IMG/VR virus record: IMGVR_UViG_3300028388_002747
Coordinates: 5,515 to 69,514 of that record
Strand: one strand, 5' to 3'
DNA: 64,000 bases
Source of the DNA: a virus
Shown piece after piece: positions 32,101 through 38,977 of this stretch (position 1 is its first letter; each line of letters starts with the position of its first letter). Below the pieces are notes generated by a model that saw only the letters and a list, made by a program, of their open reading frames with translations, was not told the origin of the DNA and did not search any database. Made by a program: the position numbers and the translations under genes.

Positions 32101-32125
32101 AGACAGAACAAATGAAAATTGTTAA
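17198..32125 (+). CDS. Giant virion-packaged RNA polymerase polyprotein (crAss-type two-barrel RNAP) with zincin-like, ASCH-like and NADAR domains
   Basis: 4975 aa. Catalytic GSDFDIDKL (DFDID at 27992-28006) preceded by RIPTQKQNS; beta-like ETDGAG; zincin-like YHEVFE..EELAEEF (~23780); C-terminal ISGEKTMTTR and LSNF..TVEAAYQ..AKALGK..LLMSTG..LTH. Confidence 0.9.
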   Translation: MGKQQNKPGIPVVKPISDAAYQPTPDLAQPNFNVDGSPRSLDDLWNAGIARNRTDYIEQLPLKDMYIGGRYNNTIPGTDYESTHGAQQSGLEQAFNGVVKGVNLAGTTVLGGFGTLYGVGKAVLPGGKLSDIWDNEIMQSLDEWNKKVDEEWLPNYYSAKETNSKWYETDNWFTTNFLFDKLIKNSGFAVGAMISGNIANAGLMRTGTAIASQASKLEKLAKAKKGFESFTPLLRNTSRAFSQGKNIEAATILEKEITSMADLSLRAKSLSELATQTNKFVNLSNNFRRSAVALYSSAGEANFEALQSSNEYRESLIQAYIDANGVHPTGEELAEIDGKVNRLGATAFIGNMALLGVTEWFQLPYLMGSTYRTTKSAANRFVRETGEITFDEAGKAMAKPKNWAEKSFGRLYKGSRYIIDPKEAFQEMGQFALQVGSENYYDKAYETGEADWWVDGVLHGFFGRDNETGEGVGAFVSKEGIEGGIMGMLTGGFMQGRQKYVADRTKATNTQNFIEELNNSPTFKDAYKQKLRDANRGIALAELQEEAIKQGNELEAKDIRHDMMFNYMYNKIKYGRKDLIAADFDMMISKGSTTDGLNELKEEGFANIDDTITTFTERANRMKEFMNKIELMAGNINQVYAGQVVTDSEGNTKPAYSEAVIEKMTYAASKIADYDVRIPQLEANLGNKNIVNTQNILDNLDNAKALDEARIEEEIKIESALENRQVRKDEALKLAKELDDYVELQERKKYFYNEYNDMISNPAKYDVPEADIQVPTEQTPITVTTKNGDREVMLGKEYRLGTVVKYDKNNKQVFRAPTLTIIEQKEDGTLVVQDTKGKVSEVTPEQLEDYDLIDPEKTTKTENFFLAHWNDVFIHQGIKHTKGKRKGKPIEGRLQLTKDHKGLNFVFINDQGKKKVVPLENSHFIADKAKGFTMPRVRKVGEVTPAQQTATNELISESGFTEDVAPHIDKRNKILDELFDQLSDKQKKADKLIAAKKKQIEKNQKELNKLKGKIREAKADKRVKGTFRFKTEARKALQKAMQLSNMQRQLENEIEQLEDQISDIDVAQQTILNIVDNLEKYSEKPTEFLEELQFDLLNIEEAKEKTVKQIDAIKDLISSTKAAIKSAVKYLENLINKFEAKNPDIPLFIGKRFMDNADNLLQGEIQNLLDTIELTEEQVIVPDEARVEQLEEHYEMMMEDMVVLDRQHKAMQVVIEKFEEVAANWKLQKVEEAVFGDNEALAQELIDTQEDSGTPISSAEENQNYEPEDKKEQYNVVLSTKPFSGRINPLTEEWEEPREHHKRANRFGFRFESLDNKEDIQGVVLNQKTEAGIADGLMEHLAGDSGVDPSDTLAFLMVVNTREGLRPVDEFGNPIMDGKDVLNRAVYQVFPKEDKDGKLTAYYKGKKQSMFRNTADSVDALTEKYIAWREKEVNKEERSPAEAVKVSFGVPTYATYLDENGEEQRDYAVRTNVKDAGLADENRLGNEDVLLVGTTNDTITQGTTSFTNALGRVFLRSDNGLTRLDNRKHTPEEAEVIFDVLFRLAQIAQDKKSLKGEEVTRLTNWLKSVVYWGHVKDQDGKVKKKGYNSIWFDWVVNDATNKKEPRLFFSKSEQSVALTPTSLNGNKNSILHILEQMYLNVDAKRVNEASFNAAYIQITGIDSKGQPITKKWPNYQSYLLSDKSPDSKGQLTQNRTTPVPLATNLSPITPTSPVNRNGIYFTRVGGMEEMYVEPESKAAPPTATPEATETAEKEEKSVEEVLETTESEKQGYTLDGVENNLFTLKNKDTVFFKMDLAKAKEVFEELGVNLKDSISKIKFVQQLLARQILDVQLTTEIIKARAKEKNIPELQAAISIGVDIFNDLSINFSGITNTKPVEYVPKKPNMDGKESNVIDVDGLGKVVYTFDMAKAQKLLEADTLSDPDKRAEFILKLFQEGILNPTADTKVVTKVAENTGKTPLQVVLKAVKTIFKQVEPHFVLEERPTDETIEAPKKPETPKDDKTKKVKEFKVGDRVVDKNYNVWEIISLKEWEAETRIPEMKSGIKARFIENVHPNEKKREILQNPDSTQYIEPGSVNTLPVNMTATLSVTPEIVESDTTNEETETDNFADGLDYSQFEDEDEKGMRALLNNQETSTVTPENWKEVEAWLKNKFPNLPVFRVKKMIEGTDGSKNWGMFHKGALYIYENAETGTVYHEVFEAVWKMFTTPEERAQIMNEFRFQEGTFTDRFTGKEYEYATAPAERIKEELAEEFRDKVQFNINPRRKKGNLITRIFNDIINAIKNFVFGKKARTNIEQLFEKIEGGQYARYSPYAAKLSYAQVGIQDIATAKGDQTSAYRAAINEIPAQQQHDIMQEMTYQVLRKLITDNETLFSLNETTFNKQQLYKELKMKVIGKVGAMVNTLAKQINSGEKTAEENNPRIDTNKHLINLINREWPNIVSNHEELLRQYEITFDENDELEIRNYEKSKNDPYGSAIKRDQYRKASYAVKFLLGSLPRVDASNNILKSSINGAQLIPSDKVVIDLKNQLYDAVDVEEMFDRLGKIAIKNPNYANLYKRLTNNPPSEFADLSNVDERGWELIGGFWKLMKSQHPDVLAVFVMSDSVQIGDSALAGAARAAKRTMIMSMIEKIKKGSDFFDYNRQTGKYTSSDLIKKKQLNRSAPQSYTQFLEHFNIDIKATDITSKLTDNQKRTFFEAVDGILLSMKNIEDMVNISTTTLDIDGNLMKLGTIQAIIENPEFESTYFNINNEKAQTYIGTNALSNIYHVLSNSKIKKFEDLKGTAYNYLRTDSFAKGSLILDKIFNMSGNGAKRKNSDLVLKPVYIDGTVDQRKGKKKQSSKLTYRQRFLQELNLNLDGVYMNLVPGDASLEHATRLHNSRDPFVTLEEVQAKTYDQIFEDYFKAEVELVRDERIVDSRHNNKELRFFKEILMNGMDKKRYNALMTAINKKTKTKGYTVSIEEILKEYKKDIIDSVELFITQEAQDTEAMLNQFGAIVYTDEGIDVTELKAEPNSLLAENTELDADSLRSSMKAVAINYMIANIELHKVLYSDPYQYGDELKRIKNFNSPRQPLMTVSKNVGKVLHKLYNKNFAKDDIGYTDMHRNHFRTITFEDVVHQYGIPGYEGDTYDETDGAGIITLKSYRKYAILANQWSTDNERQYRYEIAWEKKHKKLKLTDNDKKVLAEGDPKIKSTFTPLKPIVSGNKANGRNYNDTVLDKYALMAFSYRTLYEINPEANALNLYDRMMDEDIDYVVFKSARKVGAEQVLPLYDKDGNVTTAEFTEITNPNVPHIITNIPFDIMSVQSEVPSKDTHKITRGSQITKLATLDYMQAGVPIDFMQEEDNFEKRWLAWAKLEDKTSYNNGDNLYNLIQRNQQLLEAKTKLGYRQLLKEFGIKETVSGYTLVDRKKLINTLKGEMLKREINHNISSAFDEFEKGEVVLEATPAYQQIRHILYSIADSRVVSPKITGGFKVQIPATLLESKKIKPEKINGKDAYVSDTLKFYEDEDGKRVCEIMVARWFKSDKTDEELLNEWYVLDKDGNRTSELTEKGKKILSGIGFRIPTQKQNSIDSFVIKKLLPETLGDSVVVPSQIVQKVGSDFDIDKLSIYLKNVLSNPDGTVSIIEYQDDSNSTIAERYNQYIRGEVKEYREIREEVERDSIEYSQLRETINNYYNEFLSKVNEAKEDFILPLSNELNNLQELIQNKKSASKEIYSMGYKIFKTLSPGLQDSFYNLDSVMNSEVVNGKMSRWEKTLRFKSHAEDWIADITENEIIYDWTTPKGVKMSDTIELSEINKLKALIANYDLFLAESGFTSETITQHKAKLDSLKQNKKEYHKVKDAERSGLSAVKSKLYQAFNEEFNKTLAEEFDLMSMEEFGQQNMDLQNSKQALENEYIQSLQDLVSHPLNFNNLVKPNSADPMKKIAKAINRDLGRTEIDYSSPGNMMRRRFMSGLRQAFVSGKYAIGIAAVNQTNHSLMQRFVSYLNTDRILDESIISSEDRYWLKVNGGEIMFKNKNTVTVGGKLYTTFSGITNAVGENISDIVGMFIDGYVDISAGPWIMEIGATPTTASTWLTLIKAGVPVEEVAYFMNQPIIREYLQMLDNAGYSWLFIDDYVDLFLEKYEPSNPVEITEMPSLATMKKTIKMSMEDMQKDDSTLAQQQFILKEFMKYSMMASHMFRVTQGTNFDTANFNDGFLIFKKRLQLEYAKNTIISSAKVENDKIVYDTNAADAILNNSFLGTLKDMLYNVRNAMSEVLISDRPSKTRNGISTRSVLEKVLLPYVQLPDREFLKVSKRAVNDLFDWFVFNKRGLNGAGVIAEILLGTDTAASAASQIMDFKKQVENTANHTLHGNIILDSIQYESGSNKNKPDNLMIVRKENKVYDQNLVIAAFRELRDYLGTEKGGLYGKLVRLALLQSGSNNSRISFSSLLPFEDFIEVYKVPLSEINKSEEISHFVQLDVFQRNNWNNDTLVPFKRETMIPYEDRYGRQRMFKPNSDKVHKNFKLAMNKKIIPKVININMFSREAASDIIVYNWEVKPTITDEDRAAGIKTIKAKKAAMKKAGDRSYSKKALMKKVYIRDKNNQRVPLEHQTKGKGDKVYYNHVYKAINAWGDGTRAVEMYGKLHPDSLMSTVGRSGVLDNGFEKYIEVEDEVIEDIFNQENMIDLQQEPMEMAFSEENQKKIISGEKTMTTRNNSEHSGIYSIRGRKFLITPRDGVNGYMDVQDAGGALAVVKAEALPTKATKRNKYPVSVDGTTYFAMYQSTVDFINGETRKYVFDIKDVTDEVAQDKLDTEERVAANVAAATSPLAINIYSTDKNGFEELSNFSNKRPYTDSSGRKFATVEAAYQFSKSHFATGNNDTVKRQILKSTTGAQAKALGKKIQGLNKELWDKNAGTIMYRIIKDSFLQNPDQIPLLMSTGDAILTHISGPKTDKWTTLFPRILTQVRSELSLENINTDKNKPTGLPEIDRTNENC

Positions 32126-32127
32126 TT

Positions 32128-35100
32128 ATGCCTTGTAAAATTCAAATAAAACAAAATTTACAAACTACTGTGGAACAAAAATCTCAAGGATGGGATAAAG
32201 TTTCTTTTGAGCAGGTTCAACTACTTGCAAATAAAATTAATGCAGAGTTTAGATCTGCAGTAGTATCTTTTCCTAAAGAAGGTGTTAGAAAGATAAACAT
32301 ACCTAATGAGTTAGTAGATACATACTATAATTTTGAAAACAAATTAGAAGCTATGGAAGTAATTGATGCATCTAAAAATGTACAATTACAAACAGATAAT
32401 ATGAGAATGACTCCTGCAAATGAAGGCACTATTGCAAGAGTAAAGATGGTAGCAGAAAAAATGGGTATAAGTTTTATGGACTTACAAGATTACTTAAAAG
32501 GTAATCCTAATATTTCTGACATTGGTATTAATGCTTTAGCTGATCAGTTCCAGGGAATAGTAGCTATTGCACAAGGCATGGAAGCACAAGCTATTACAGA
32601 AGAAACTGTACATATTGCAACATCTATTTTAGAACAAACTAACCCACAACTTATCACTGGATTAATTAAAGACATTGGAAAATTTAAAATTTATCGTGAA
32701 ACTTTAAAAGCATATAGAGGTAAAAAAGCGTATCAACTTGCTAATGGCAAACCTAATATTCGTAAGATAAAAAAAGAAGCTGTAGATAAACTCATAGCTG
32801 AAGTTATTGTAAATGAAGATAGAAACTTTGGTGACTCATTTCCTGAATTAATGCAGCCTAAAATATTTGAAAGAATAAAAAATTGGTGGAAAGGGATTTT
32901 AAATAGTTTAGGTGCTTCTTACAGAGAAACAAATTTAGATATGTTTCAAACTGCTGCTTCTTTAGTTATGGAAGGAGTACCAGGAGGTAACATAAAAGAT
33001 ATTGAAAATAAAGATATTTATTATCAAGCAGGCAACAACACTGCTGTAGATAATATGTATAACACTATACTAGAAAAAGCTAAACGTATTAAAGGCCCTA
33101 TTCCTGAAACAGCAGAAAAGAAAAGGCATTATTTGTTTGAAATAGGAGGTAAGTTTAAAGAAGTAGCTAAAACTGTTACAGAAAAAATCAAAGAAGGAAA
33201 GCAATTCCCCGATCGTAGTCCTAAACAAAAAATTGTAGATGATATTAAAAAAGAGTGGGGTACAGAAGGACATAATTTTATTGAAAAATATATTGCTAAA
33301 AATTTAATTGATGCTGATGGGTATGCTAGACCAACTGCTTTAAATAATAAAATTGAATCTAATCTTCCAGATAAAATGCAAGCAGCTCTGATAGAATTTT
33401 CTAAAGAGCTAATAGGATCTTACCCAGAAGGAACAAGATTTATGGTAGAAGTAAAGGCTGTTAATGAGGCTATCCCTGGTATGTTAGCTTCTACTATTGA
33501 CTTTGTAGCTTTGGAACCTACTACAAAAAAAGATGGTAGTCCAGATGTTAAGGTAGATATCCTTGACTGGAAGTTTTCATCTTTTGATGAAAATTTAAGT
33601 GGAGATGATATTCCATTTTATAAGCAAAAAGATTGGAAAGCTCAAATGAGTGAGTATGTACGTATGTTTAAAAATTATGGTGCTACTAATACTACTATTA
33701 GAAAAGCAAGAATGATTCCATTTAAGATGAACTATAAATACTTTAAGGATAAAAATCCTGAAATCCAAAGTATGGAAATAGGAAGTCTTAATAATCTTAA
33801 AGAAACTAAAACATATTTATTACCTGTAGCAATTGATTCAGAATCTACAGGGTTTGCTCAAATAGACACTTTACTTAGTGGTTTAAGACAACAATATTCT
33901 AAACTTTATGAAAAAGTTGTTTCAGAAGATGAACAACAAGAAAAAAATATTGAATTAAATCAAATTTCTAAAGCTATTCGTTTGCTTCAAATGAAGCATG
34001 ATTTTGAGCCTTTGTTAGCAGTAACTAATTCTTTTTTAGAAAGAGCAGCAAAACTTGTAAAAACTTTTGATAAGATTGATTATACTCAATTAAGTGAAGA
34101 AGAGATCAGAACAAAATTGAAAGATTTAAAAGAAGCTAAAAACAGTGCTGAAAAATATATAGAAATGGCTGCTGCTTTTAAGCTAGTGATGGATAAAACA
34201 AATAAAAAAGATCGTCAAATACTAGCTGAATTAGCAAAACTTGATAATAAAGTTGATGGTATGCTCAAAATGTCTACAGAGATACAAAGTGAATATGCTG
34301 TACAGCTTTCTATTATTAAAGGATTAACAACTTCTGAAACTGCAGAAGAAGTATTACGCCCAGAGAAAAAAATAGATAAGCTATCACGTTCTTTTTTAGA
34401 AGCATCTAAACTTCCTTCTTATTTAATTAAACTAGGAGTTGATATGATTCAAAGAGTTAAGAATTATGCAGACTTACAATATAATGAAAAGATGCAAGAA
34501 TTTAAAGAAGTTCTTATTCCTTTAGAAAAATTAGCTCAATCTCAAAATAAAAAAGCCTTTGATCTAATAGCAAAGAAAACATCAAACTCATTACAACTTA
34601 TAAGAAAACTTGATGATAAATTTATTAGCCAAGTTAAAGATGCAAAAGCATCTAAAGATACAGAGTTCTTTAAAAAGAACATGAATATGGAAAAGTATCA
34701 AGAGTTACTTAAAAAGACTCTTGAAGAAAATGAAGCAAAAATAAATGCTAGAACATGGTATCCTTTAGATGAGCAGGCTAATCAAGCTAAAAAAGAATAT
34801 GAAATAAAAAGACTTAGAAACAGAGTTGATATTAGTAGAAAAGGATTTAATGGACATGATACTAGTCATTTCTCTTATTTATTTTATAATTCTATTAATG
34901 AAGAGCAACATTATTCTCCTGAATTTAAACAGCTTAAAAGTCAGCCTGCAGCATACAAAGCATGGCAATTTTTTACAGAGCTTAATGATACAGCAAAAGA
35001 ATTGGGTTATTTAGGTAAAAAACAACTTTCTTTTTTCCCTTTGATTGAGGCTACTACTGTTGAAAAAATGATACAAGCAGATAGTAAATTAGGACAAGTT

Positions 35101-37011
35101 AAAGATTCTGCTATGGATCTTTATAGTATAAGAACTAATGAGATGTATGATTTTGCTAAAATAGATCCTGAAACAGGGCAGATTCAAAAGAATATTCCTA
35201 AGTATTATACATCTACAGATAAACAAATTAACCAGCTTTCTACTAACCTTGATATGGTTGGTAGTATGTGGATTAAAGCTATACTAGATTATAAGTCTTC
35301 TAAAAACTTAGAATATGAGCTTCTTACATTGTTAGACGTAGAAAAAGCTAAAAATAATTTAGCTGTAGCTAATGGAGGTATTGTTTTTCAAGGAGGAACT
35401 CCATTAACAGAAGATGGCTCTAATGCTAATGCAGACGTATTTGAAACCATTATAGATGATTCTGTCTATGGAATTAAAGAAGACCTAGATAGTTGGGGAG
35501 CCAGATCTATTTCTGCTGTAAGTGGATTAAAATCAAAAAGTAGTGAACAAACAGCTAATAGAAGCTTTAAAGTTAAAAAAGGTATTAGAAGTGCAGACAC
35601 ATTGTTTCGTAGTTTAGCTATTGGTTTAAAACCTTTAATAGGATTAGCTAACTATTTTGGTTTACAATTTCAAGCATTTATTAATGCAGGAGAATTTTAC
35701 AAGTTTAGAGAATTTATGGGTAACAATGCTAGAGTTACCGGTAATATGCTTTCCAAAGAACAAAAAGCTTTGTTACATTATATTATGCCACTTAATGAAG
35801 ATATTGTAGCTGAAAAAAGAAGACAAATAGCTAAAGAACAAGGATCTGTAATGAAATGGTTAAGCACATGGACTTTTACAGATGTTATGATGTCAACAAA
35901 TGCTTTTCCTGAGAGACTATTACAATATGCTAATGCTGTTTCTATGAACCAAAACTCTATGGTAGTAGATGGAAAGATTGTTAACATTAGGCAATATTTA
36001 AAAGCTCAGGATAGAAAATCTAAATATAACATGAGTGCTTCTGATCGTAAAAAATTAGAAAAGACATTTGAAGACAGAGTTAAAAAACTAAAAGAAACAA
36101 AAGCTTTAGATAAGATTGTAAAAATAGAAGGAGATAAGATTACTATCCCTGGTGCGGATTTAAAAGCTGTAGCAGATTATAGATTACAAATCACGGAATA
36201 TGGTAGAAAGCTTAGTGGTCTTATGAGTGAAAACAATAAAATGGGTTATAGAAGAGACACTATAATAAGTTCTTTTATGATGTTTAGGAGTTGGATGCCT
36301 AAGCATGTTGGTACTCGTATCTTAGATATTAATAAAAATCTTGAATTAAATCAGTGGGAGTATGGTAAGACAAGATTATTTGTAAAAACTGTTGCTATGT
36401 TAGGCTTTAGGAATATTACAAAGATAAAAGATATTTTAGCTGGAAATGAAGAAGGTGTAAAATTTATGAGAGAAATGTTAGAAGAGAAAAAAATGTCGTA
36501 TTTTAATGCAACAGGTAAACAGCTAACAATCTCTGAAGAAGAATTTTTTGATTTAGTTAGAACAGAATTAAACAATCAAATGAAAGAATTACTAACTCTA
36601 ACTACTATTGTAGCTACAGTTATGAAAGTTAGTGCTATGGAACCACCTGAAGATGCTACCCCAGAAGAGATAAATAGATATAAATGGTGGGCTAAGTTGT
36701 TTAATAAAACATCAGATGAAATTAGTTTTTACTATAATCCTTTGTCTTTCGATGCATTTACTCAAGGTTCTATAATGCCTTCTTTAAGATTACTAACTAA
36801 AGTTTGGAGAGCATTTAATCAACTTTATAAAGAGACCAAAGGAGTTTATTTAGATGATGAAGACATTATGGATGGTGCTCATCCTACAAAATATTTCTTA
36901 AATCTTGTTCCTGGAGCTTCACAGTTTCAAAATGAGTTACTTCCATATTTATACCCAGAAGTAGCTAAAGAATTAGGTATAAGAGTTAGTGCTCATCCTT
37001 TCCATAGATAA
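32128..37011 (+). CDS. Large cargo/RNAP-associated protein with degenerate zincin-like and PD-(D/E)xK nuclease domains
   Basis: ATG at 32128 preferred over TTG at 32119. EETVH motif; GTEGH..STIDF..ILDWKF..QMSEY nuclease motifs; long helical C-terminal region. Confidence 0.7.
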   Translation: MPCKIQIKQNLQTTVEQKSQGWDKVSFEQVQLLANKINAEFRSAVVSFPKEGVRKINIPNELVDTYYNFENKLEAMEVIDASKNVQLQTDNMRMTPANEGTIARVKMVAEKMGISFMDLQDYLKGNPNISDIGINALADQFQGIVAIAQGMEAQAITEETVHIATSILEQTNPQLITGLIKDIGKFKIYRETLKAYRGKKAYQLANGKPNIRKIKKEAVDKLIAEVIVNEDRNFGDSFPELMQPKIFERIKNWWKGILNSLGASYRETNLDMFQTAASLVMEGVPGGNIKDIENKDIYYQAGNNTAVDNMYNTILEKAKRIKGPIPETAEKKRHYLFEIGGKFKEVAKTVTEKIKEGKQFPDRSPKQKIVDDIKKEWGTEGHNFIEKYIAKNLIDADGYARPTALNNKIESNLPDKMQAALIEFSKELIGSYPEGTRFMVEVKAVNEAIPGMLASTIDFVALEPTTKKDGSPDVKVDILDWKFSSFDENLSGDDIPFYKQKDWKAQMSEYVRMFKNYGATNTTIRKARMIPFKMNYKYFKDKNPEIQSMEIGSLNNLKETKTYLLPVAIDSESTGFAQIDTLLSGLRQQYSKLYEKVVSEDEQQEKNIELNQISKAIRLLQMKHDFEPLLAVTNSFLERAAKLVKTFDKIDYTQLSEEEIRTKLKDLKEAKNSAEKYIEMAAAFKLVMDKTNKKDRQILAELAKLDNKVDGMLKMSTEIQSEYAVQLSIIKGLTTSETAEEVLRPEKKIDKLSRSFLEASKLPSYLIKLGVDMIQRVKNYADLQYNEKMQEFKEVLIPLEKLAQSQNKKAFDLIAKKTSNSLQLIRKLDDKFISQVKDAKASKDTEFFKKNMNMEKYQELLKKTLEENEAKINARTWYPLDEQANQAKKEYEIKRLRNRVDISRKGFNGHDTSHFSYLFYNSINEEQHYSPEFKQLKSQPAAYKAWQFFTELNDTAKELGYLGKKQLSFFPLIEATTVEKMIQADSKLGQVKDSAMDLYSIRTNEMYDFAKIDPETGQIQKNIPKYYTSTDKQINQLSTNLDMVGSMWIKAILDYKSSKNLEYELLTLLDVEKAKNNLAVANGGIVFQGGTPLTEDGSNANADVFETIIDDSVYGIKEDLDSWGARSISAVSGLKSKSSEQTANRSFKVKKGIRSADTLFRSLAIGLKPLIGLANYFGLQFQAFINAGEFYKFREFMGNNARVTGNMLSKEQKALLHYIMPLNEDIVAEKRRQIAKEQGSVMKWLSTWTFTDVMMSTNAFPERLLQYANAVSMNQNSMVVDGKIVNIRQYLKAQDRKSKYNMSASDRKKLEKTFEDRVKKLKETKALDKIVKIEGDKITIPGADLKAVADYRLQITEYGRKLSGLMSENNKMGYRRDTIISSFMMFRSWMPKHVGTRILDINKNLELNQWEYGKTRLFVKTVAMLGFRNITKIKDILAGNEEGVKFMREMLEEKKMSYFNATGKQLTISEEEFFDLVRTELNNQMKELLTLTTIVATVMKVSAMEPPEDATPEEINRYKWWAKLFNKTSDEISFYYNPLSFDAFTQGSIMPSLRLLTKVWRAFNQLYKETKGVYLDDEDIMDGAHPTKYFLNLVPGASQFQNELLPYLYPEVAKELGIRVSAHPFHR

Positions 37012-37087
37012 TGGAAAAGATGTTTTACTATAGCTATATTATGTGACATAAATAATTAAGTATCACATATTTCCGTACAATAATAAT

Positions 37088-37095
37088 TAAATTTG
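37088..37095 (+). promoter_or_regulatory. -7 box TAnnTTTG promoter candidate
   Basis: TAAATTTG, 16 nt upstream of ATG 37112 in a 100-nt intergenic gap. No clear -33 element. Confidence 0.4.
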
Positions 37096-37111
37096 ATTAA
37101 AATATAATATC

Positions 37112-37789
37112 ATGAGAACATCAGATGTATGTCCTACTTGTTCCACATTTACTAATGCTTTATGTGTTATTTATAATGGTGCAAACTTACCGACATTAAA
37201 CATAGCAACTTTAGAGAGCTTAGAAAGTGCTCTTATTAAAATTGAAGCCTGGGTTTCCGACATAGGATCTTTAGGTGCAGGAAATATTTATACAACAAAT
37301 GGAACTATTCCAGCGACTACAAACAGGGTTGTAACTTTAGCTGCTGAAGACAGTACTTTACAGTTTGGGGCTGCTAATACATATTTATATGTAGATTCTA
37401 CTAGTGTAGCAATGCAAGGACAAACTTTTAATGTAACTAGTGAAAATGGTGCTGTAGGAGTTAATGGAGGCCAAGCATCTCCATTAGAAATGTTAGGATT
37501 TTATGGTTCAGTGTTGAGACTTGGTACTGCTGGAGTAGAAACTCCTCCTAACCCTGGTCAAATTTTAGCAGCAGCAGATGGTACGGGTAGATTAGAGTGG
37601 GTAGATGAGTCTTATGAAAGAAATGGTACGACTGTAGCTGGTTTACCAGGCTCACCAGTTGCAGGACTAAGAGGATTTGTTACAGATAGTACTGTAGCTG
37701 CTGCAGGAAATTTTGGTGCAACAGTTGTGGGTGGTGGTGCTAATACAGTACCTGTATTTTATGATGGAGCTAATTGGATAATTGCTTAA
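37112..37789 (+). CDS. Short tail fibre/spike-like structural protein
   Basis: N-terminal Cys module (CPTC..LCVIYNG) shared with ORF 38169; C-terminal module shared with ORF 53537. Confidence 0.55.
   Translation: MRTSDVCPTCSTFTNALCVIYNGANLPTLNIATLESLESALIKIEAWVSDIGSLGAGNIYTTNGTIPATTNRVVTLAAEDSTLQFGAANTYLYVDSTSVAMQGQTFNVTSENGAVGVNGGQASPLEMLGFYGSVLRLGTAGVETPPNPGQILAAADGTGRLEWVDESYERNGTTVAGLPGSPVAGLRGFVTDSTVAAAGNFGATVVGGGANTVPVFYDGANWIIA
37631..37789 (+). repeat. Duplicated 52-aa C-terminal module, copy 1 (copy 2 at 54440-54598)
   Basis: Colinear and ungapped; 35 of 52 aa identical by manual alignment. Confidence 0.85.
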
Positions 37790-37803
37790 TAATATGAAAT
37801 AAA

Positions 37804-38169
37804 ATGGCTTCAGAACTATCAGAAAAGACATTGGTAAAATTACCATTACCATTAGCTATTACAATAGCTGCTGGTTTGATAGGTTTTGGGGGGACTTACT
37901 TTAGTATTAAGAATGTGATTGTAGAAAATGAAATACTAAGACAAGAGGTAAAAGATCTAAAAGAGATCATTTCCATAAATGAAAGAAACAATAGAGCAGC
38001 TAGAGAAGAAATCAAAGATGATGCTAAAGCAAATCATGATAAACTAGAAGCAAGGTTTATGGATTGGTTAGAGAAAGAAATAGGAGGATTAAGATCAGAT
38101 TGGGAAAGAGATAAAGATACCCAAGAAGATGAAATAGATGATTTGAATAGAAAAGTATTTGGAAAATAA
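37804..38169 (+). CDS. Single-TM coiled-coil membrane protein
   Basis: Hydrophobic helix LAITIAAGLIGFGGTYFSI followed by a charged coiled coil. Confidence 0.6.
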   Translation: MASELSEKTLVKLPLPLAITIAAGLIGFGGTYFSIKNVIVENEILRQEVKDLKEIISINERNNRAAREEIKDDAKANHDKLEARFMDWLEKEIGGLRSDWERDKDTQEDEIDDLNRKVFGK

Positions 38170-38927
38170 TGGCACAAATAGTAACATGTCCTCCAGCAGG
38201 ATGCAAAACAATCCTTAGCTCAGCGTGTGTATTTTACGAGGGGCCTGCTTTGATGACCACTGGAGTAAATACTAACGATAGTGTTGAAGTTATTATTCAA
38301 AAGATAGATGAATATCTAACTATAAATTCTGGAGGTGGGCCAGGAGATAATGAAACATCGTTTAATAAAGATGTGTTTCAAATTGCTCACGGTTTTCAAG
38401 TAGGAGATGCTATTAGAAATGCAAATGGTGTATGGGTTAAAGCTCAGGCTAATGTTTTTGCTAACTCTGGTACTGTTGGAGTTGTCTCTGATGTATTTGA
38501 TACAAATAACTTCACATATCAATTTGCTGGACACTTAGCAGGAGGTGGCCCTTGGATAGAAGGTGAAAGTTACTTTCTCTCAACTACTGTCCCTGGAGGA
38601 ATTGTGTTAGAAGAAGTTTATAGTAGTGGACAAGTGAGAGAATTTATTGGTACTGGTACTGCTCACGGATTATTACTTGAAATAGATTTAGGTGATTTAT
38701 ATCAAAGTAATGTAGAACCTGGAGAACCTGGAGGTGGAGGAGCAATTAATACTGTCACTGATTATAGAAGCAGCTTTGAAATTAGTGATGGCAAGGTTTA
38801 TGCAGGATATTTATTAAATAACTCTCCTGTAATAACAAGAACCATAGATGGAAACTTGGAAACTGCACAAAATTTAACTAATTTAGAGGCAGATTGGACA
38901 AATAGACTATCTTTGATATACGTATAA
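38169..38927 (+). CDS. Tail fibre-associated structural protein
   Basis: N-terminal C..GC....ACVFYEG module; 'AHGFQVGD..WVKAQA..YFLS..PG' beta domain common in virion proteins. Confidence 0.55.
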   Translation: MAQIVTCPPAGCKTILSSACVFYEGPALMTTGVNTNDSVEVIIQKIDEYLTINSGGGPGDNETSFNKDVFQIAHGFQVGDAIRNANGVWVKAQANVFANSGTVGVVSDVFDTNNFTYQFAGHLAGGGPWIEGESYFLSTTVPGGIVLEEVYSSGQVREFIGTGTAHGLLLEIDLGDLYQSNVEPGEPGGGGAINTVTDYRSSFEISDGKVYAGYLLNNSPVITRTIDGNLETAQNLTNLEADWTNRLSLIYV

Positions 38928-38977
38928 AAAAATTGGGGGCAAAAGAAAATTTTTTTAACTGTTAAAAACAAATAATT

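Noticed and set aside
17198-37011. Inteins or introns in the giant genes
   Set aside because: No recognisable C/S...HN-C/S/T splice junctions or LAGLIDADG blocks by eye, and the ORFs are uninterrupted. A profile search would be needed to exclude them fully.
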